From assembly GCA_020850315.1 (NCBI GenBank), contig JADZEY010000108.1:40005-104004 (forward strand): 64,000 bases of DNA. Direction: 5' to 3'. The notes below the pieces were generated by a model, which was not told where the DNA came from, made no database searches, and worked only from the letters and a program-made list of their open reading frames with translations. The position numbers and the translations under genes were made by a program. Source of the stretch: Armatimonadota bacterium (GTDB lineage: Bacteria; Bacteroidota; Ignavibacteria; OLB7). Below are positions 1 to 10,120 of the stretch, in pieces; the first letter of the stretch is position 1; each line of letters opens with the position of its first letter.

Positions 1-140
1 GCGATGTGAAAGCTGGAACCTACACCACCGAATGGGATGGCTTGAATGGCGAAGGCAAACAGGTTGAGTCTGGTATCTACTACTACCAAATTCAGGCTGG
101 TGGCAAAAGCGTGACCCGCTCGATGCAGGTGCAGAAATAA
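1..140 (+). CDS. 3' end (partial) of a secreted protein with FlgD-Ig/T9SS-type C-terminal domain
   Basis: Manual translation from base 3: DVKAGTYTTEWDGLNGEGKQVESGIYYYQIQAGGKSVTRSMQVQK*. The WDGxNxxG...SGIYYY pattern is typical of FlgD-Ig sorting domains; TAA at 138-140. Confidence 0.8.
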   Translation, partial: DVKAGTYTTEWDGLNGEGKQVESGIYYYQIQAGGKSVTRSMQVQK

Positions 141-190
141 TTACTGCCCTTGTATCAAGGCTGAATATCTGGAATAACCGGTGAGCATAG

Positions 191-1480
191 ATGCGATTAG
201 CGAAGACGATAGTGGCGATGGTGATGCTTGTTGCTCTGTGCTCACCGGTTCTCCAATCCCAATCGGTACGTCCATTGACAATCTGGATTGATACAACCAC
301 AATCCACCCGTGTGGCCAGAAGAAATTTCTGCTCAAAATCTGGTCAAGCTATCAAAGCGATACGGGGCGCGTGGTTGGATTTACGAAGGAAGACAGTTTG
401 TTCTCCGTAACGCTATCGTTGCAGTGGGATCGCTCAAAGTTTGATATCAATCCTAATCCTCCGGTATCCGGCCATATTGCTGGGCGCGCATTCCGGCGTA
501 CAGTTACGAAGGATAGTAAGCAGGGAAACCTGTATATCGAATTTGGCGGAATTGATGACAACCTTCAGCTTCGCCCCTTCTTTGGCACCGATATTCCGTT
601 GCTGATGTTGGAGGCAACGGTCACTTCGCCCGATATTTTTGCAGGGCTTAACGGTTGGGCCGAAGTGCTTGGCAATTTGACAGTTGAGGCAGCAAAACCA
701 TTTGATTTGGTGGCGCGCCGAGTAGGGTTTGTGCATGTTGCACGAATTCCCCTACCACAATACACAGCTAAAGCAACTCTGCTTTCTGCGGACTTCGATA
801 CGTTACGGCAAACAACCGTAGCATTGAAGGTTGAAAATGTGAAAGATCAAGGGGTAAAAGAGATCGCCTTTACTCTACGTTCCGATACGGCATCATATCG
901 CTTTGCTGATACTGCCACACAAGGAACCATTTATGCTGAGCCAGGATGGAACATCCGGCAACTGCATATCGCTGCCGATTCAATATCTGGATTATTACAG
1001 CGTGACTCGGCGATAACTACCGACGGCACATTGCTGAACGTGGTATTGCAACGGACAAGCGATAGCAGCTTCAGCAAAGCGATCATCCTTGAAAAATTTA
1101 GTGTTGATACCGCCTCCTGCATCAGCCGGACGGATCCTGAGGATGGGGTTGTGATGGCCACGCGAATCGTAAAGCCTGACACAACCGATACAACAACGGT
1201 TGGTGTTGATGAGCAATGGAAGGAAACAACACCAACAGTGCAGATTATCCAGCACGTTGATAACGATGAGATTGTGGTGAGAACGGAAGGAATCACTGCA
1301 AGGAAAGTGATCGTTATTGACATTCTGGGGCGGCAAGTTCCAACAAAAATTCTGGCCAGCCCAGATGCTTGGACAAGAGTCGTTCGATTTGAGGAAGGAT
1401 TACAGAATGGATGTTACATCATTTCTGTGTTCGACGACTCCAAAAAAAGTGCAAACAATCAGTTCACAGTCATAAAGTAA
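191..1480 (+). CDS. T9SS cargo protein with two cohesin-like domains
   Basis: Signal peptide; two beta-sandwich segments with cohesin-like patterns (SVTLSLQWDRSKF...GNLYIEF...PLLMLEATV and VKEIAFTLRSD...GTLLNVVL); C-terminal VIDILGRQV...NGCYIISV sorting domain. Confidence 0.7.
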   Translation: MRLAKTIVAMVMLVALCSPVLQSQSVRPLTIWIDTTTIHPCGQKKFLLKIWSSYQSDTGRVVGFTKEDSLFSVTLSLQWDRSKFDINPNPPVSGHIAGRAFRRTVTKDSKQGNLYIEFGGIDDNLQLRPFFGTDIPLLMLEATVTSPDIFAGLNGWAEVLGNLTVEAAKPFDLVARRVGFVHVARIPLPQYTAKATLLSADFDTLRQTTVALKVENVKDQGVKEIAFTLRSDTASYRFADTATQGTIYAEPGWNIRQLHIAADSISGLLQRDSAITTDGTLLNVVLQRTSDSSFSKAIILEKFSVDTASCISRTDPEDGVVMATRIVKPDTTDTTTVGVDEQWKETTPTVQIIQHVDNDEIVVRTEGITARKVIVIDILGRQVPTKILASPDAWTRVVRFEEGLQNGCYIISVFDDSKKSANNQFTVIK

Positions 1481-1508
1481 CATCTCTCAAACCAAGGAGA
1501 TATGATCC

Positions 1509-4500
1509 ATGCGTAAACGTTATTGGTTAGCAGGGATGCATGCGTTGATGGTAGGAGCCTTGCTCCTGATCTGCGCAGGCCAAAGTCTTGCACAAGGACT
1601 GGGCAAAAAGCATCTTCCCACAATCACACTGCAAAAGTGGACCGGACCACCCACGGGTGTTCTGGCACGCGACACAAACTTTGTTTCCGAGCCAGGACCA
1701 GGAGAGAAACGCTTCCTTCTGCTCCCAGTCTTCATCATGAATTGCTTGGATACATCCAACGATCCAATCAATGGATATCCGGGGGAGCGTATCTATAGCT
1801 TCCGCATGAAGCTACAGTACAATAGCACCTTGCTTCGTGCAGTAGGTGTCCAAAAGCGTGGTCAATTCCCCAACGACAATGATCTTGTGGTCGCTCGTGA
1901 CTTCAACATGAGCTGGGATATTGATCAGGATGCAGACTATAAACTTGAGACAGTGGGTGGGCCATCGTCATACGGTGAGCGTATTATGGTGACCGGTAGC
2001 TCTTCTACGGCACTTCCGCTGCCACTGAAGCCGAATGCACCTCCGGGCGCAAAAGGTTGCCAATGGGGTGACACCGCTGTCTTCTTCTACGTCCTGTTTG
2101 AGGTTGTTGGCGATGCACAAGGAAGCACTGCCGGCATCAACACCGACCAGATGATTTTGACGCTTGACTCGCTCCGTTGGAATGAGTATGCTCCTGGTAA
2201 AGTGACACCTGAAATGGAGGCTCGTGGCTTCGAGAAATTCCAAGAAGGTGTGGCTCCAACACGCATTTTGGATCCAAATACTGGCGAGCCATTCATTCCG
2301 AATACCTACGGAACATCATACATCGCCATAACGCCACGTCCGCGCATTGACTTGTTGCCAACAAGCCAAGTTGCGCAGATTAATAGCGATCCATCCAACT
2401 ATGAGTTGGTCTTCCCGCTGCAAACGCAGTATGGGAACCCGAATCGCATCTTCCGTAATATCTTGATGGTGAACGGTGTGCAGGGTACTAAACTCCGCAA
2501 CATCACTGTCGAGACCGATGCACCGTGGTTGTTTATTGACTCCAACGATGTCGTCAATCCAGGTGTTGGCGGCGGTGGTGATGGTGTTGGCCGTGGTCTA
2601 TTTTTCCGCGAGATTGGATTGCAGCAGAATTTCAACGTTGTTGCTAATCCATCACTGTTGCCAACGGCTGACGGATCCGGGTATCCAACACCGGGTATCT
2701 ATATCGGCTACATCACGCTTCGTTCGGTTGACGCTTTGAACAGTGCTGTGCGCTTGCGCATTGTGCTGATTGTGAATCGCAACCCATTGGAGTCTGACCT
2801 TGACACCAGTTCAGAGCCAACAAATACCCGTGGCATTCGCTTGATGTTCCGTAATTCGGCACCAAGCCCAGACACCACTTATTTGACCTTCGGCACTGGT
2901 ATTGGCGCGTCAGATTCTTCTGACCTGTTGTTCGGTGAGGCAGAAGCCGCAACACCGGGAACTCCGAATCAATTCTACGCACGCTTCTATCCGCCGTTGC
3001 TGGGCGCAGGGTTCAATGGCTTGGTTGACACGCGTGGCTTGCCGCCAACGCCAACCAATCCAGCATTCAACTTCAAGAGTCTTGATGTTCGCGAGTACCG
3101 GGTGGACACGACCATCGTCTATTGCGTGAAGTTCAGCGCAGGCGCGCCACAGAACTATCCAGTAGTGATCGAGTACGATACCCGCGATTTCCCGCCGAAT
3201 GCCTTGCTCTATCTGCGTGATAACCTGAACGGAACCATTTTCAATTACGATATGCGCGGAACCACAAACGTGGGGCCAACCACTCGCACTATCGTGATTC
3301 GTGATCCGAACGTCACAGGATTCTGCATTGAGTACACCCTGCCAAGCGTGATCCAATTCCCAGAAGTCCGCGAACGCGGTTGGAATTTCGTTTCACTGCC
3401 AGTGGTTCCTTCCAATCCAACGTCGGGAACGGTGTTCCCGAATATCAGTTCGGGTCGTCCGCTGTTGTTCAATGGCGGTAATGGCTTCTTGCCAATGGAC
3501 ACTGTAGCACCAGGCTATGGCTACTTTGTGAAATATGGCGATGTGGTTGACCGCACAGTCTCGGGTGTAGCGGTTAAACGGATAGATCCAACCTTGCCGC
3601 TATACATTAATGTACGGTTGAACTTGGGCTGGAATACGGTTGGAGCGTTATCGGTGCCAACCTACGTTGATCAGACCTACATGACTTTCCGGCCAATTGG
3701 TTCAGGGCGTTCCCCATCCAGAATTGGAGAGGTCTATTCGTACACTCCACAACGTGGATATGTACAGACCTCACGCATTCTGCCGGGCCTTGGCTACTGG
3801 CTTAAAGTGGACGGAAGCGGCTACTACGTACTGACCGCACCGCCAAGTGAGCTGAACGGAAAGATCGAGCCAAAGATTGCCGACGACTACACAGTCCTGA
3901 ACCAGCTCCGCATCAGCGATGCTGACCAAAAGGTTAGCACGCTCTACTTCGGACGCAATGGCTCGGTGAGCAACAGCCAGTACGAACTTCCACCGGCTCC
4001 GGGTGAGTTCATGTTCGATGCCCGATTCAGCAACAATGGATTTGTCAGTGCCAGCAAGGAACTGAACGCATCGCACGTTGTGAGTTTCCAGGGTACCGAA
4101 TACCCTGTGGTTCTGTCGGTCAACAATGCTGATGCTGAATACGTTGTCACTGATGCCCTTACCGGCTACGCACTTGGCACGTTGAAGCAGGGTGAAGCCG
4201 GTGCAATCCGCATCAACAATCCATTGGTGAAATCAGTGAAGTTGACAGCGGTCGGAACAGCCAACAGCATGCTTGGAGCCGCATACCCGAACCCAGCCAC
4301 AAACAGTGCTTCGTTCGAGTTCGCAGTGCCAGCCGAGCAACAGGTGACAATCACCTTGATTGATGCTTTGGGTGTTGAGGTGAAAAGCCTGTACAACGGT
4401 GTTGCAACAGGACTGAATCGCGTAGAAATTCCTACCGAAGGCTTGGCCGCAGGTGTGTACTTCTACAAGATGACCACCAACGGACGCACCGAAACGCGCC

Positions 4501-4520
4501 AACTGGTTATCGCTAACTAA
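1509..4520 (+). CDS. Large T9SS cargo protein (cohesin-like, BACON-like, GWN repeats, CTD), 1003 aa
   Basis: Signal peptide; IYSFRMKLQYNSTLL cohesin-like motif; TDAPWL BACON-like motif; two GWN(F/T)V repeats; C-terminal AYPNPA...LIDALGVEV...AGVYFYKM CTD. Confidence 0.8.
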   Translation: MRKRYWLAGMHALMVGALLLICAGQSLAQGLGKKHLPTITLQKWTGPPTGVLARDTNFVSEPGPGEKRFLLLPVFIMNCLDTSNDPINGYPGERIYSFRMKLQYNSTLLRAVGVQKRGQFPNDNDLVVARDFNMSWDIDQDADYKLETVGGPSSYGERIMVTGSSSTALPLPLKPNAPPGAKGCQWGDTAVFFYVLFEVVGDAQGSTAGINTDQMILTLDSLRWNEYAPGKVTPEMEARGFEKFQEGVAPTRILDPNTGEPFIPNTYGTSYIAITPRPRIDLLPTSQVAQINSDPSNYELVFPLQTQYGNPNRIFRNILMVNGVQGTKLRNITVETDAPWLFIDSNDVVNPGVGGGGDGVGRGLFFREIGLQQNFNVVANPSLLPTADGSGYPTPGIYIGYITLRSVDALNSAVRLRIVLIVNRNPLESDLDTSSEPTNTRGIRLMFRNSAPSPDTTYLTFGTGIGASDSSDLLFGEAEAATPGTPNQFYARFYPPLLGAGFNGLVDTRGLPPTPTNPAFNFKSLDVREYRVDTTIVYCVKFSAGAPQNYPVVIEYDTRDFPPNALLYLRDNLNGTIFNYDMRGTTNVGPTTRTIVIRDPNVTGFCIEYTLPSVIQFPEVRERGWNFVSLPVVPSNPTSGTVFPNISSGRPLLFNGGNGFLPMDTVAPGYGYFVKYGDVVDRTVSGVAVKRIDPTLPLYINVRLNLGWNTVGALSVPTYVDQTYMTFRPIGSGRSPSRIGEVYSYTPQRGYVQTSRILPGLGYWLKVDGSGYYVLTAPPSELNGKIEPKIADDYTVLNQLRISDADQKVSTLYFGRNGSVSNSQYELPPAPGEFMFDARFSNNGFVSASKELNASHVVSFQGTEYPVVLSVNNADAEYVVTDALTGYALGTLKQGEAGAIRINNPLVKSVKLTAVGTANSMLGAAYPNPATNSASFEFAVPAEQQVTITLIDALGVEVKSLYNGVATGLNRVEIPTEGLAAGVYFYKMTTNGRTETRQLVIAN

Positions 4521-4560
4521 GCCAACGCAAGGGGATACCTTCCCCCTGCCGAGAAAACGA

Positions 4561-4596
4561 AAATGGGCAGGTTCTGCATAAAGAGCCTGCCCATTT
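4561..4596 (+). terminator. Hairpin, probable intrinsic terminator or RNA stabiliser
   Basis: AAATGGGCAGGTTCT-GCATAA-AGAGCCTGCCCATTT (one G-U pair), 40 nt after the 4520 stop. Confidence 0.55.
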
Positions 4597-4679
4597 CACG
4601 TTACTGTAACGCCCCCGACTGCCGGGTGTCCCTCCTCAGAATAATTCCAGAACAACACACACACATACGCCGACCGATA

Positions 4680-5498
4680 ATGATATACCGTGCATTGATT
4701 CCTACTACTCTTCTACTGTTGCTTGCAGCCGCCTCGCTATCGGCACAGGTCAGGATCATTGACTCGATCAATGTTCGTAGCGAAAGCTCCTCCGACCTCC
4801 CAATCTATGGTCACTTTGGTGTGGGGGAAGGGTATCATGATTGGGTGGATGGACTTGTAGATTTTGAGGTTCCCTTCTTCCCCCCTTCTGGCCTCTACAT
4901 CCTTTTTCAGCATCAGATAGATTCCGGTTCGCCAGCACAAGGGTTGTGTGTTGCCGATGTCCGTGGCATTCCCCCAACTGCACTTGAAGGGGAGGGGGAT
5001 ACCTTCTCCGTCACCTACCTGATGCGAATCCAGCGTGGAGTTGGGAGGAACATCATCTTTAACTTCCCCCGACCTTTTGCGCGCGGCATTGACTCAGTTG
5101 TTGTCACCGACCTGAACAACGTCTATTACGCTCACACCTTTACCACTGGTGTGGAGGAAGACACCTTAAAAAATGATGGCGTGAACAGCGTCTATATCAA
5201 AGCCTACTACAATATCCGCCGCTATAACTCGGCGGCGGTAGAGGAGATGCCAGGCCTTGCATCGGGAAGGTTTGCGCCAAACCCAACCAGCGGACGGTTG
5301 CGGTACAGCCAGCCGCTACCAATTGGGAGCTCCATTCAGGTGAGCAACATCCGAGGCGAGGTCGTGGAAATGCGGCAAGCTGATAGCCCTGAAACGACAA
5401 TGGAGTTATCCACTCTTCCCAGCGGAGCATACGTGCTGACCGTGCGCACGCGCGACGGAAAATTGTGGGATCGTGAGCAGATTGTGGTGGCTCGATAA
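4680..5498 (+). CDS. T9SS cargo protein of unknown function
   Basis: Start moved to ATG 4680 (MIYRALIPTTLLLLLAAASLSAQ signal peptide); C-terminal FAPNPTSG...SGAYVLTV CTD. Confidence 0.75.
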   Translation: MIYRALIPTTLLLLLAAASLSAQVRIIDSINVRSESSSDLPIYGHFGVGEGYHDWVDGLVDFEVPFFPPSGLYILFQHQIDSGSPAQGLCVADVRGIPPTALEGEGDTFSVTYLMRIQRGVGRNIIFNFPRPFARGIDSVVVTDLNNVYYAHTFTTGVEEDTLKNDGVNSVYIKAYYNIRRYNSAAVEEMPGLASGRFAPNPTSGRLRYSQPLPIGSSIQVSNIRGEVVEMRQADSPETTMELSTLPSGAYVLTVRTRDGKLWDREQIVVAR

Positions 5499-5543
5499 TC
5501 GGGCTGATGGAAGCCGCTACGCTGGCTCTGCTACAGAAAAACA

Positions 5544-5581
5544 AGCAGGGCGCAACACCTTGTATGGTGCTGCGCCCTGCT
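5544..5581. terminator. Bidirectional terminator between convergent genes
   Basis: AGCAGGGCGCAACACC-TTGTAT-GGTGCTGCGCCCTGCT, flanked by an A-run and a T-run. Confidence 0.65.
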
Positions 5582-5630
5582 GTTTTGCAATGCTCCGATT
5601 ATATGTGTAGAGCTAAAAGTGAGTATGGAG

Positions 5631-7403
5631 TTAAGAGCTCTGCCGAATCTGCAATCCCAGCACTTTCAATTGGTCATCGGCAACTGGCGAAGGGGCTTCA
5701 TCCATCAGCGATGATGCGCGCATGGTTTTGGGGAAGGCCACAACGTCGCGGATGTTGTCGGTCCCAGCAAGGATCATAATCAAGCGGTCAATCCCCGGGG
5801 CCATTCCGCCATGTGGTGGTGCGCCGTAGCGGAAGGCATCCAACAGGAAGCCAAATTTTTTCCGCGCTTCTTCCTCATCCAGCCCGATCAGTTTGAACAC
5901 CTTTGCTTGTGTGTCGCGGTCGTGAATCCGGATGCTCCCCGAGGCTACCTCATACCCGTTAATCACAAGGTCGTAGGCGTTGGCCCGCACGGCAAGCGGG
6001 TTGCTCTCCAACATATGTTCATCCTCCCGTTTGTAGGAGGTGAACGGATGATGCGCCGGAACTGGCATTCCTGTTTCTGGGTCAATGCTCTCGAACATCG
6101 GGAAGTCAACGATGTAGAGAAGGTCGTCAATGTGCTTCGGGATCATCTTCTGGCGGCGGGCAACCTCCAGCCTCAGCGCGCCGCAGACGGTGTGGGCTGT
6201 GTTCCAAGCGTCGGCCACAATCAGCAGCATATCGCCGGCGGCGGCTCCCATCCGTTCTTTCAAGGCGGCTTTGTGGGTCTGGTTCAGGAACTTCGCCGCG
6301 CTCCCCTCCATATCGTCGTCTGTCACCTTCAACCACACCAGCCCTTTTGCTCCGTAGCGTTTTGCGTGTTCGGTTAGCTCATCAATCTGCTTGCGGCTGT
6401 AGCTTGCCCCGCCAACAACATTGATTCCCGTGATGGAGCCGTTGCTATCCAACGCGCTGCGGAACACAGCAAACTCAGTATCGGCCAGCAGGTCGTTCAG
6501 TTCCTGAAGTTCCAGCCCAAACCGTGTGTCAGGCTTGTCGCTGCCGAATCGGGTCATTGCTTCACGGTAGGTCATGCGGCGTAGCGGAAGCTGAAGCTCG
6601 GTCCCTTTCACTTCTTTCCACAATCGGGTAAGGTATCCTTCCACCATCTGCAGCACATCCTCCTGCTCCACAAAGGACATCTCCAAATCAAGCTGGGTGA
6701 ACTCTGGCTGGCGGTCGGCGCGAAGGTCTTCATCGCGCATACATTTGGCGATTTGCATGTAGCGGTCGAACCCGGCCACCATCAGCAGCTGCTTGTAGAT
6801 TTGTGGCGATTGCGGCAAGGCATAGACGCTTCCCGGATGAACCCGGCTGGGAACAATGTAATCGCGCGCGCCTTCCGGTGTGGAGCGTACCAGCATCGGC
6901 GTTTCAATCTCCACAAACCCATGCTCGGAAAAGTAGTGGTGGGTTACTTGATAGACCTGATTGCGCAGCCGCATAATCCGCTGAAGCTCGGGGTCGCGAA
7001 GATCCAGATAGCGGTATTTCAGCCGAAGCTCCTCGTTGATTGACTCGCGGTGGCCAATCTCGAACGGTGGAACATCGGAGCGGTTCAGGATGACCAGTTC
7101 ATCAACGTAAATCTCAATCTCGCCAGTGGGCAGATGGTGGTTTGGATTTTCGCGGCGGCGAACGTGGCCGCTAACAGCAATCACAAATTCGGATCGGAGC
7201 TCACTGGCGCGTTCCATCAGTTCCGGCAGATACTGCGGCGAAAACACAAGCTGAACAATGCCGGTGTGGTCGCGAAGGTCAATGAAAATCAATCCGCCAA
7301 GATCGCGCCGGGTGGCCACCCAGCCGTTGAATGCCACAACCGTTCCGATATGGCCAGCCGTAATTTTGCCGGCATACTGTGTGCGTGCGGGATAAGGACG
7401 CAT
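5631..7403 (-). CDS. aspS: Aspartyl-tRNA synthetase
   Basis: RRDLGGLIFIDLRD anticodon domain, TPEGARDY, PQSPQIYKQLL, RDEDLRADRQPEFTQLD and YGAPPHGG motifs, GAD insert; start moved to ATG 7403 (MRPYPARTQY). Confidence 0.97.
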   Translation of the reverse strand: MRPYPARTQYAGKITAGHIGTVVAFNGWVATRRDLGGLIFIDLRDHTGIVQLVFSPQYLPELMERASELRSEFVIAVSGHVRRRENPNHHLPTGEIEIYVDELVILNRSDVPPFEIGHRESINEELRLKYRYLDLRDPELQRIMRLRNQVYQVTHHYFSEHGFVEIETPMLVRSTPEGARDYIVPSRVHPGSVYALPQSPQIYKQLLMVAGFDRYMQIAKCMRDEDLRADRQPEFTQLDLEMSFVEQEDVLQMVEGYLTRLWKEVKGTELQLPLRRMTYREAMTRFGSDKPDTRFGLELQELNDLLADTEFAVFRSALDSNGSITGINVVGGASYSRKQIDELTEHAKRYGAKGLVWLKVTDDDMEGSAAKFLNQTHKAALKERMGAAAGDMLLIVADAWNTAHTVCGALRLEVARRQKMIPKHIDDLLYIVDFPMFESIDPETGMPVPAHHPFTSYKREDEHMLESNPLAVRANAYDLVINGYEVASGSIRIHDRDTQAKVFKLIGLDEEEARKKFGFLLDAFRYGAPPHGGMAPGIDRLIMILAGTDNIRDVVAFPKTMRASSLMDEAPSPVADDQLKVLGLQIRQSS

Positions 7404-7638
7404 AGAAGAAAAAGCAGTGTGAAGAGTTAGAAGTGTGTCCCCTGTTGGCATGGCAAACAATGCCGGCAGCAAGCCACAAACCATGATGTTGTTTGGTCGC
7501 GAAGCTACAACAGGGGCGCGACGTAGCCATCGCCAATGCGGTGTTTGTGTGTTGCTGATTACAAGAACCAGAGCCACAAAGGCTGGCCTGCACATGATTG
7601 CGCCGCCAGCCTTCATTGTTGTTCCCCACGTTCATGTT

Positions 7639-9057
7639 TTACTGGGTCACGGCTTCGGCTGGGATGTCTTCGATTGTCGCCGCTTCGGCAATCGCCAAGT
7701 AATGCTCAACATGATCCAGCACCTTTGGGCTGTAGCGGATATGCAGGTACACGTAGTCGTTATCGTACCGCTTCTCCAGCACGTCGGCATGGTTGTGCAG
7801 CCGTGCAAGCGCGTGCCATTTGGCGATTGGTGCCCGCACAATCCGCTCCACCAACGAAGCCTCAATTACTTGAGCTAAGTTGTCGCGAAGGGCCGCAATG
7901 TTGAACCCGCGCATTGCGGAGATCATCACGGCATCGGGGTATCGCTCTTTCATTTCCAGCAGCATCTCGCTCCCCTTCGGCAGCGCATCCACTTTGTTGA
8001 AAACCATGATGGTTGGAATGTCCGCTGCGTCAATATCAGCAAGGGTGGACTCCACCACAGCGATTTGCTCCATCAACGATGGCGAAGCAATATCAACCAC
8101 GTGCAGCAGAAGATCCGCCTCGCGAACTTCGGCAAGGGTGGTTCGGAAACTGGCCACCAGATGCGACGGCAGTTTGCGGATAAACCCCACCGTGTCGCTC
8201 AGCAGTGCCTTTCGATCGTTTGCAACTTCAATCTGGCGGACGGTGGTGTCCAGCGTGGCAAACAGCCGGTCTTCGGCATGGACATCGGCCCCGGAAAGCT
8301 CCCGCATCAGTGTTGATTTTCCGGCGTTGGTGTACCCCACCAGCGCAATCTTGAACATCTCGCTTCGCCCTTTGCGTTGGGTTTCGCGTTGCTGCTCAAT
8401 CTTCTCCAATTTCTCCCGCAGGTGCGAGATTCGGGTGCGGATCAGCCGCCGGTCGGTTTCAATCTGGGTTTCGCCGGGGCCTTTGGTTCCAATGCCACCA
8501 TACTGTTTGGAAAGGTGAGTCCACTGGCGGGTAAGGCGTGGCAGCATGTACTGAAGCTGGGCAAGCTCGACTTGAGTGCGGGCCTCGCTGCTACGGGCGC
8601 GTCCGGCAAAAATGTCCAGAATCAGCCCCGAGCGATCCACGATTTTCCGTTTGATGACCCGCTCAAGATTGCGTGCCTGCATCGGCGAAAGGTCGTCATC
8701 AACCACCACAAGGGTGATCCCTTCTTCCTCTACAATCTCAGCAAGTTCTTCGGCCTTTCCTTTGCCGATAAAGAATGCGCCATCTTGACGTGGCAGCCCC
8801 TGCATAATTTTCAGCACGGTATCAGCTCCGGCGGTGTCAACCAGCAGCTCTAACTCGTTCAAATGCTCCAGCGTTTGTTCGCGGCTGGTTGCGCCGTAAG
8901 CAAGCCCCACAAGGGCGGCGCGCTCGCGGGGGTTCTGGACGATGGTGTGAAGTTTCTGTTCAGTCAAATCAAGATCCTTGTGATACGTAAGAATGACATT
9001 GAACGATGCCCTGGCGGCGATTGTGGTTGGTGATGGCACATTCTGCCCAAGCATCAT
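7639..9057 (-). CDS. hflX: Ribosome-splitting GTPase HflX
   Basis: IGKGKAEE, ILDIFA, QVELAQLQY, GPGETQIETDRR, GYTNAGKST, LFATLDTT and DTVGFI motifs. The true start is probably TTG at 8967 (MTEQKLH). Confidence 0.97.
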   Translation of the reverse strand: MMLGQNVPSPTTIAARASFNVILTYHKDLDLTEQKLHTIVQNPRERAALVGLAYGATSREQTLEHLNELELLVDTAGADTVLKIMQGLPRQDGAFFIGKGKAEELAEIVEEEGITLVVVDDDLSPMQARNLERVIKRKIVDRSGLILDIFAGRARSSEARTQVELAQLQYMLPRLTRQWTHLSKQYGGIGTKGPGETQIETDRRLIRTRISHLREKLEKIEQQRETQRKGRSEMFKIALVGYTNAGKSTLMRELSGADVHAEDRLFATLDTTVRQIEVANDRKALLSDTVGFIRKLPSHLVASFRTTLAEVREADLLLHVVDIASPSLMEQIAVVESTLADIDAADIPTIMVFNKVDALPKGSEMLLEMKERYPDAVMISAMRGFNIAALRDNLAQVIEASLVERIVRAPIAKWHALARLHNHADVLEKRYDNDYVYLHIRYSPKVLDHVEHYLAIAEAATIEDIPAEAVTQ

Positions 9058-9232
9058 CGTATTGTTGGTGAACGGGGCGAAGCTACGAATCGTTTGCTAC
9101 GGCACAAACAACACCGTTGCCAGTCAAGTGTTTCCGTCGGGCATTGGTTGGAAGTAACTTGCAATCGCTTGGTGGGTTTTGGCGGTGTAGCCATTCTTGC
9201 TTCATGCCATCCACGTTTCTCCGTTTCTGGCG

Positions 9233-10120
9233 ATGCTGCCACGCATATCATCTACCATCCCAGCCTACGATCTTCCGCTTGGCGATAATCTGGATATCCC
9301 CTTCCGGTTTGTGACGCTGAACCGTAGCAGCCAAAACTACGATTTCACCGCACCACATCGGCATAATTACTACGAGGTGTTCTTTTTTGAGCAAGGGGGT
9401 GGGGAGCATGATATTGATTTTACTACGTTCCCCATCCAAGATCACTCCCTCCATTTCGTTACGCCAGGCCAAGTTCATCAGGTCCGCCGGCTGCCCGGTT
9501 CGGGGGGTGGGGTGATGTTGTTCACGGCTGATTTCTACAGCCTGAACCTTCACAACCACGACATAGTGAACACCCCTCCCTTCCTAACCGGAAACCACCC
9601 CTGCCCGGTGTTGAGCTTGGGAGATGAGACGGGGATAGAGGTGATGTTGCTGATTGGCCTGATGCGGGATGAGTTCCGTTCGTCGGCGGCCCACCGCCAG
9701 GAGGTGATTCGGAGTTATCTGAACATTGTGCTGCTGAAGGCGCAGCGGATATTTGAGCAACAAACCAACATTGCTGCCACAACGCTTGCCGCCGAAAAGC
9801 AGCTGATCCGTTCGCTACGGTTGTTGGTGGATTCCCATTTTCATGTTGTACACTCGGCTGGGGCCTACGCGCAAATGCTGAACGTGACGCTGAACCATTT
9901 AAACAGCACAACTAAGGAACTCACCGGCCACACCGTCAGCGGATTGATTCAGGAGCGGATTATGCTGGAAGCCAAGCGACTGCTGGTGCATTCCTCGCTA
10001 AGTGTGAAGGAGATTGCGTACCACCTTGGTTTTGATGATCCTTCCTACTTTACCCGATTTTTCCGGCAGCGGCAAACGCTGGCTCCGGCTGAGTTCAGGG
10101 CCGGGTTCCAGCAAGGGTGA
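9233..10120 (+). CDS. AraC family transcriptional regulator with N-terminal cupin domain
   Basis: PHRHNYYE cupin motif; C-terminal SVKEIAYHLGFDDPSYFTRFF HTH. Start uncertain (9197 or 9233). Confidence 0.92.
   Translation: MLPRISSTIPAYDLPLGDNLDIPFRFVTLNRSSQNYDFTAPHRHNYYEVFFFEQGGGEHDIDFTTFPIQDHSLHFVTPGQVHQVRRLPGSGGGVMLFTADFYSLNLHNHDIVNTPPFLTGNHPCPVLSLGDETGIEVMLLIGLMRDEFRSSAAHRQEVIRSYLNIVLLKAQRIFEQQTNIAATTLAAEKQLIRSLRLLVDSHFHVVHSAGAYAQMLNVTLNHLNSTTKELTGHTVSGLIQERIMLEAKRLLVHSSLSVKEIAYHLGFDDPSYFTRFFRQRQTLAPAEFRAGFQQG

Noticed and set aside
5631-7403. Non-discriminating AspRS
   Set aside because: The anticodon-domain motif is RRDLGG (Leu, as in discriminating enzymes), not RRDHGG; nothing unusual.
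7404-7638. T-box riboswitch upstream of aspS
   Set aside because: No T-box consensus (GGTGGNACCGCG) or specifier-loop motifs visible; kept only as a generic structured leader.
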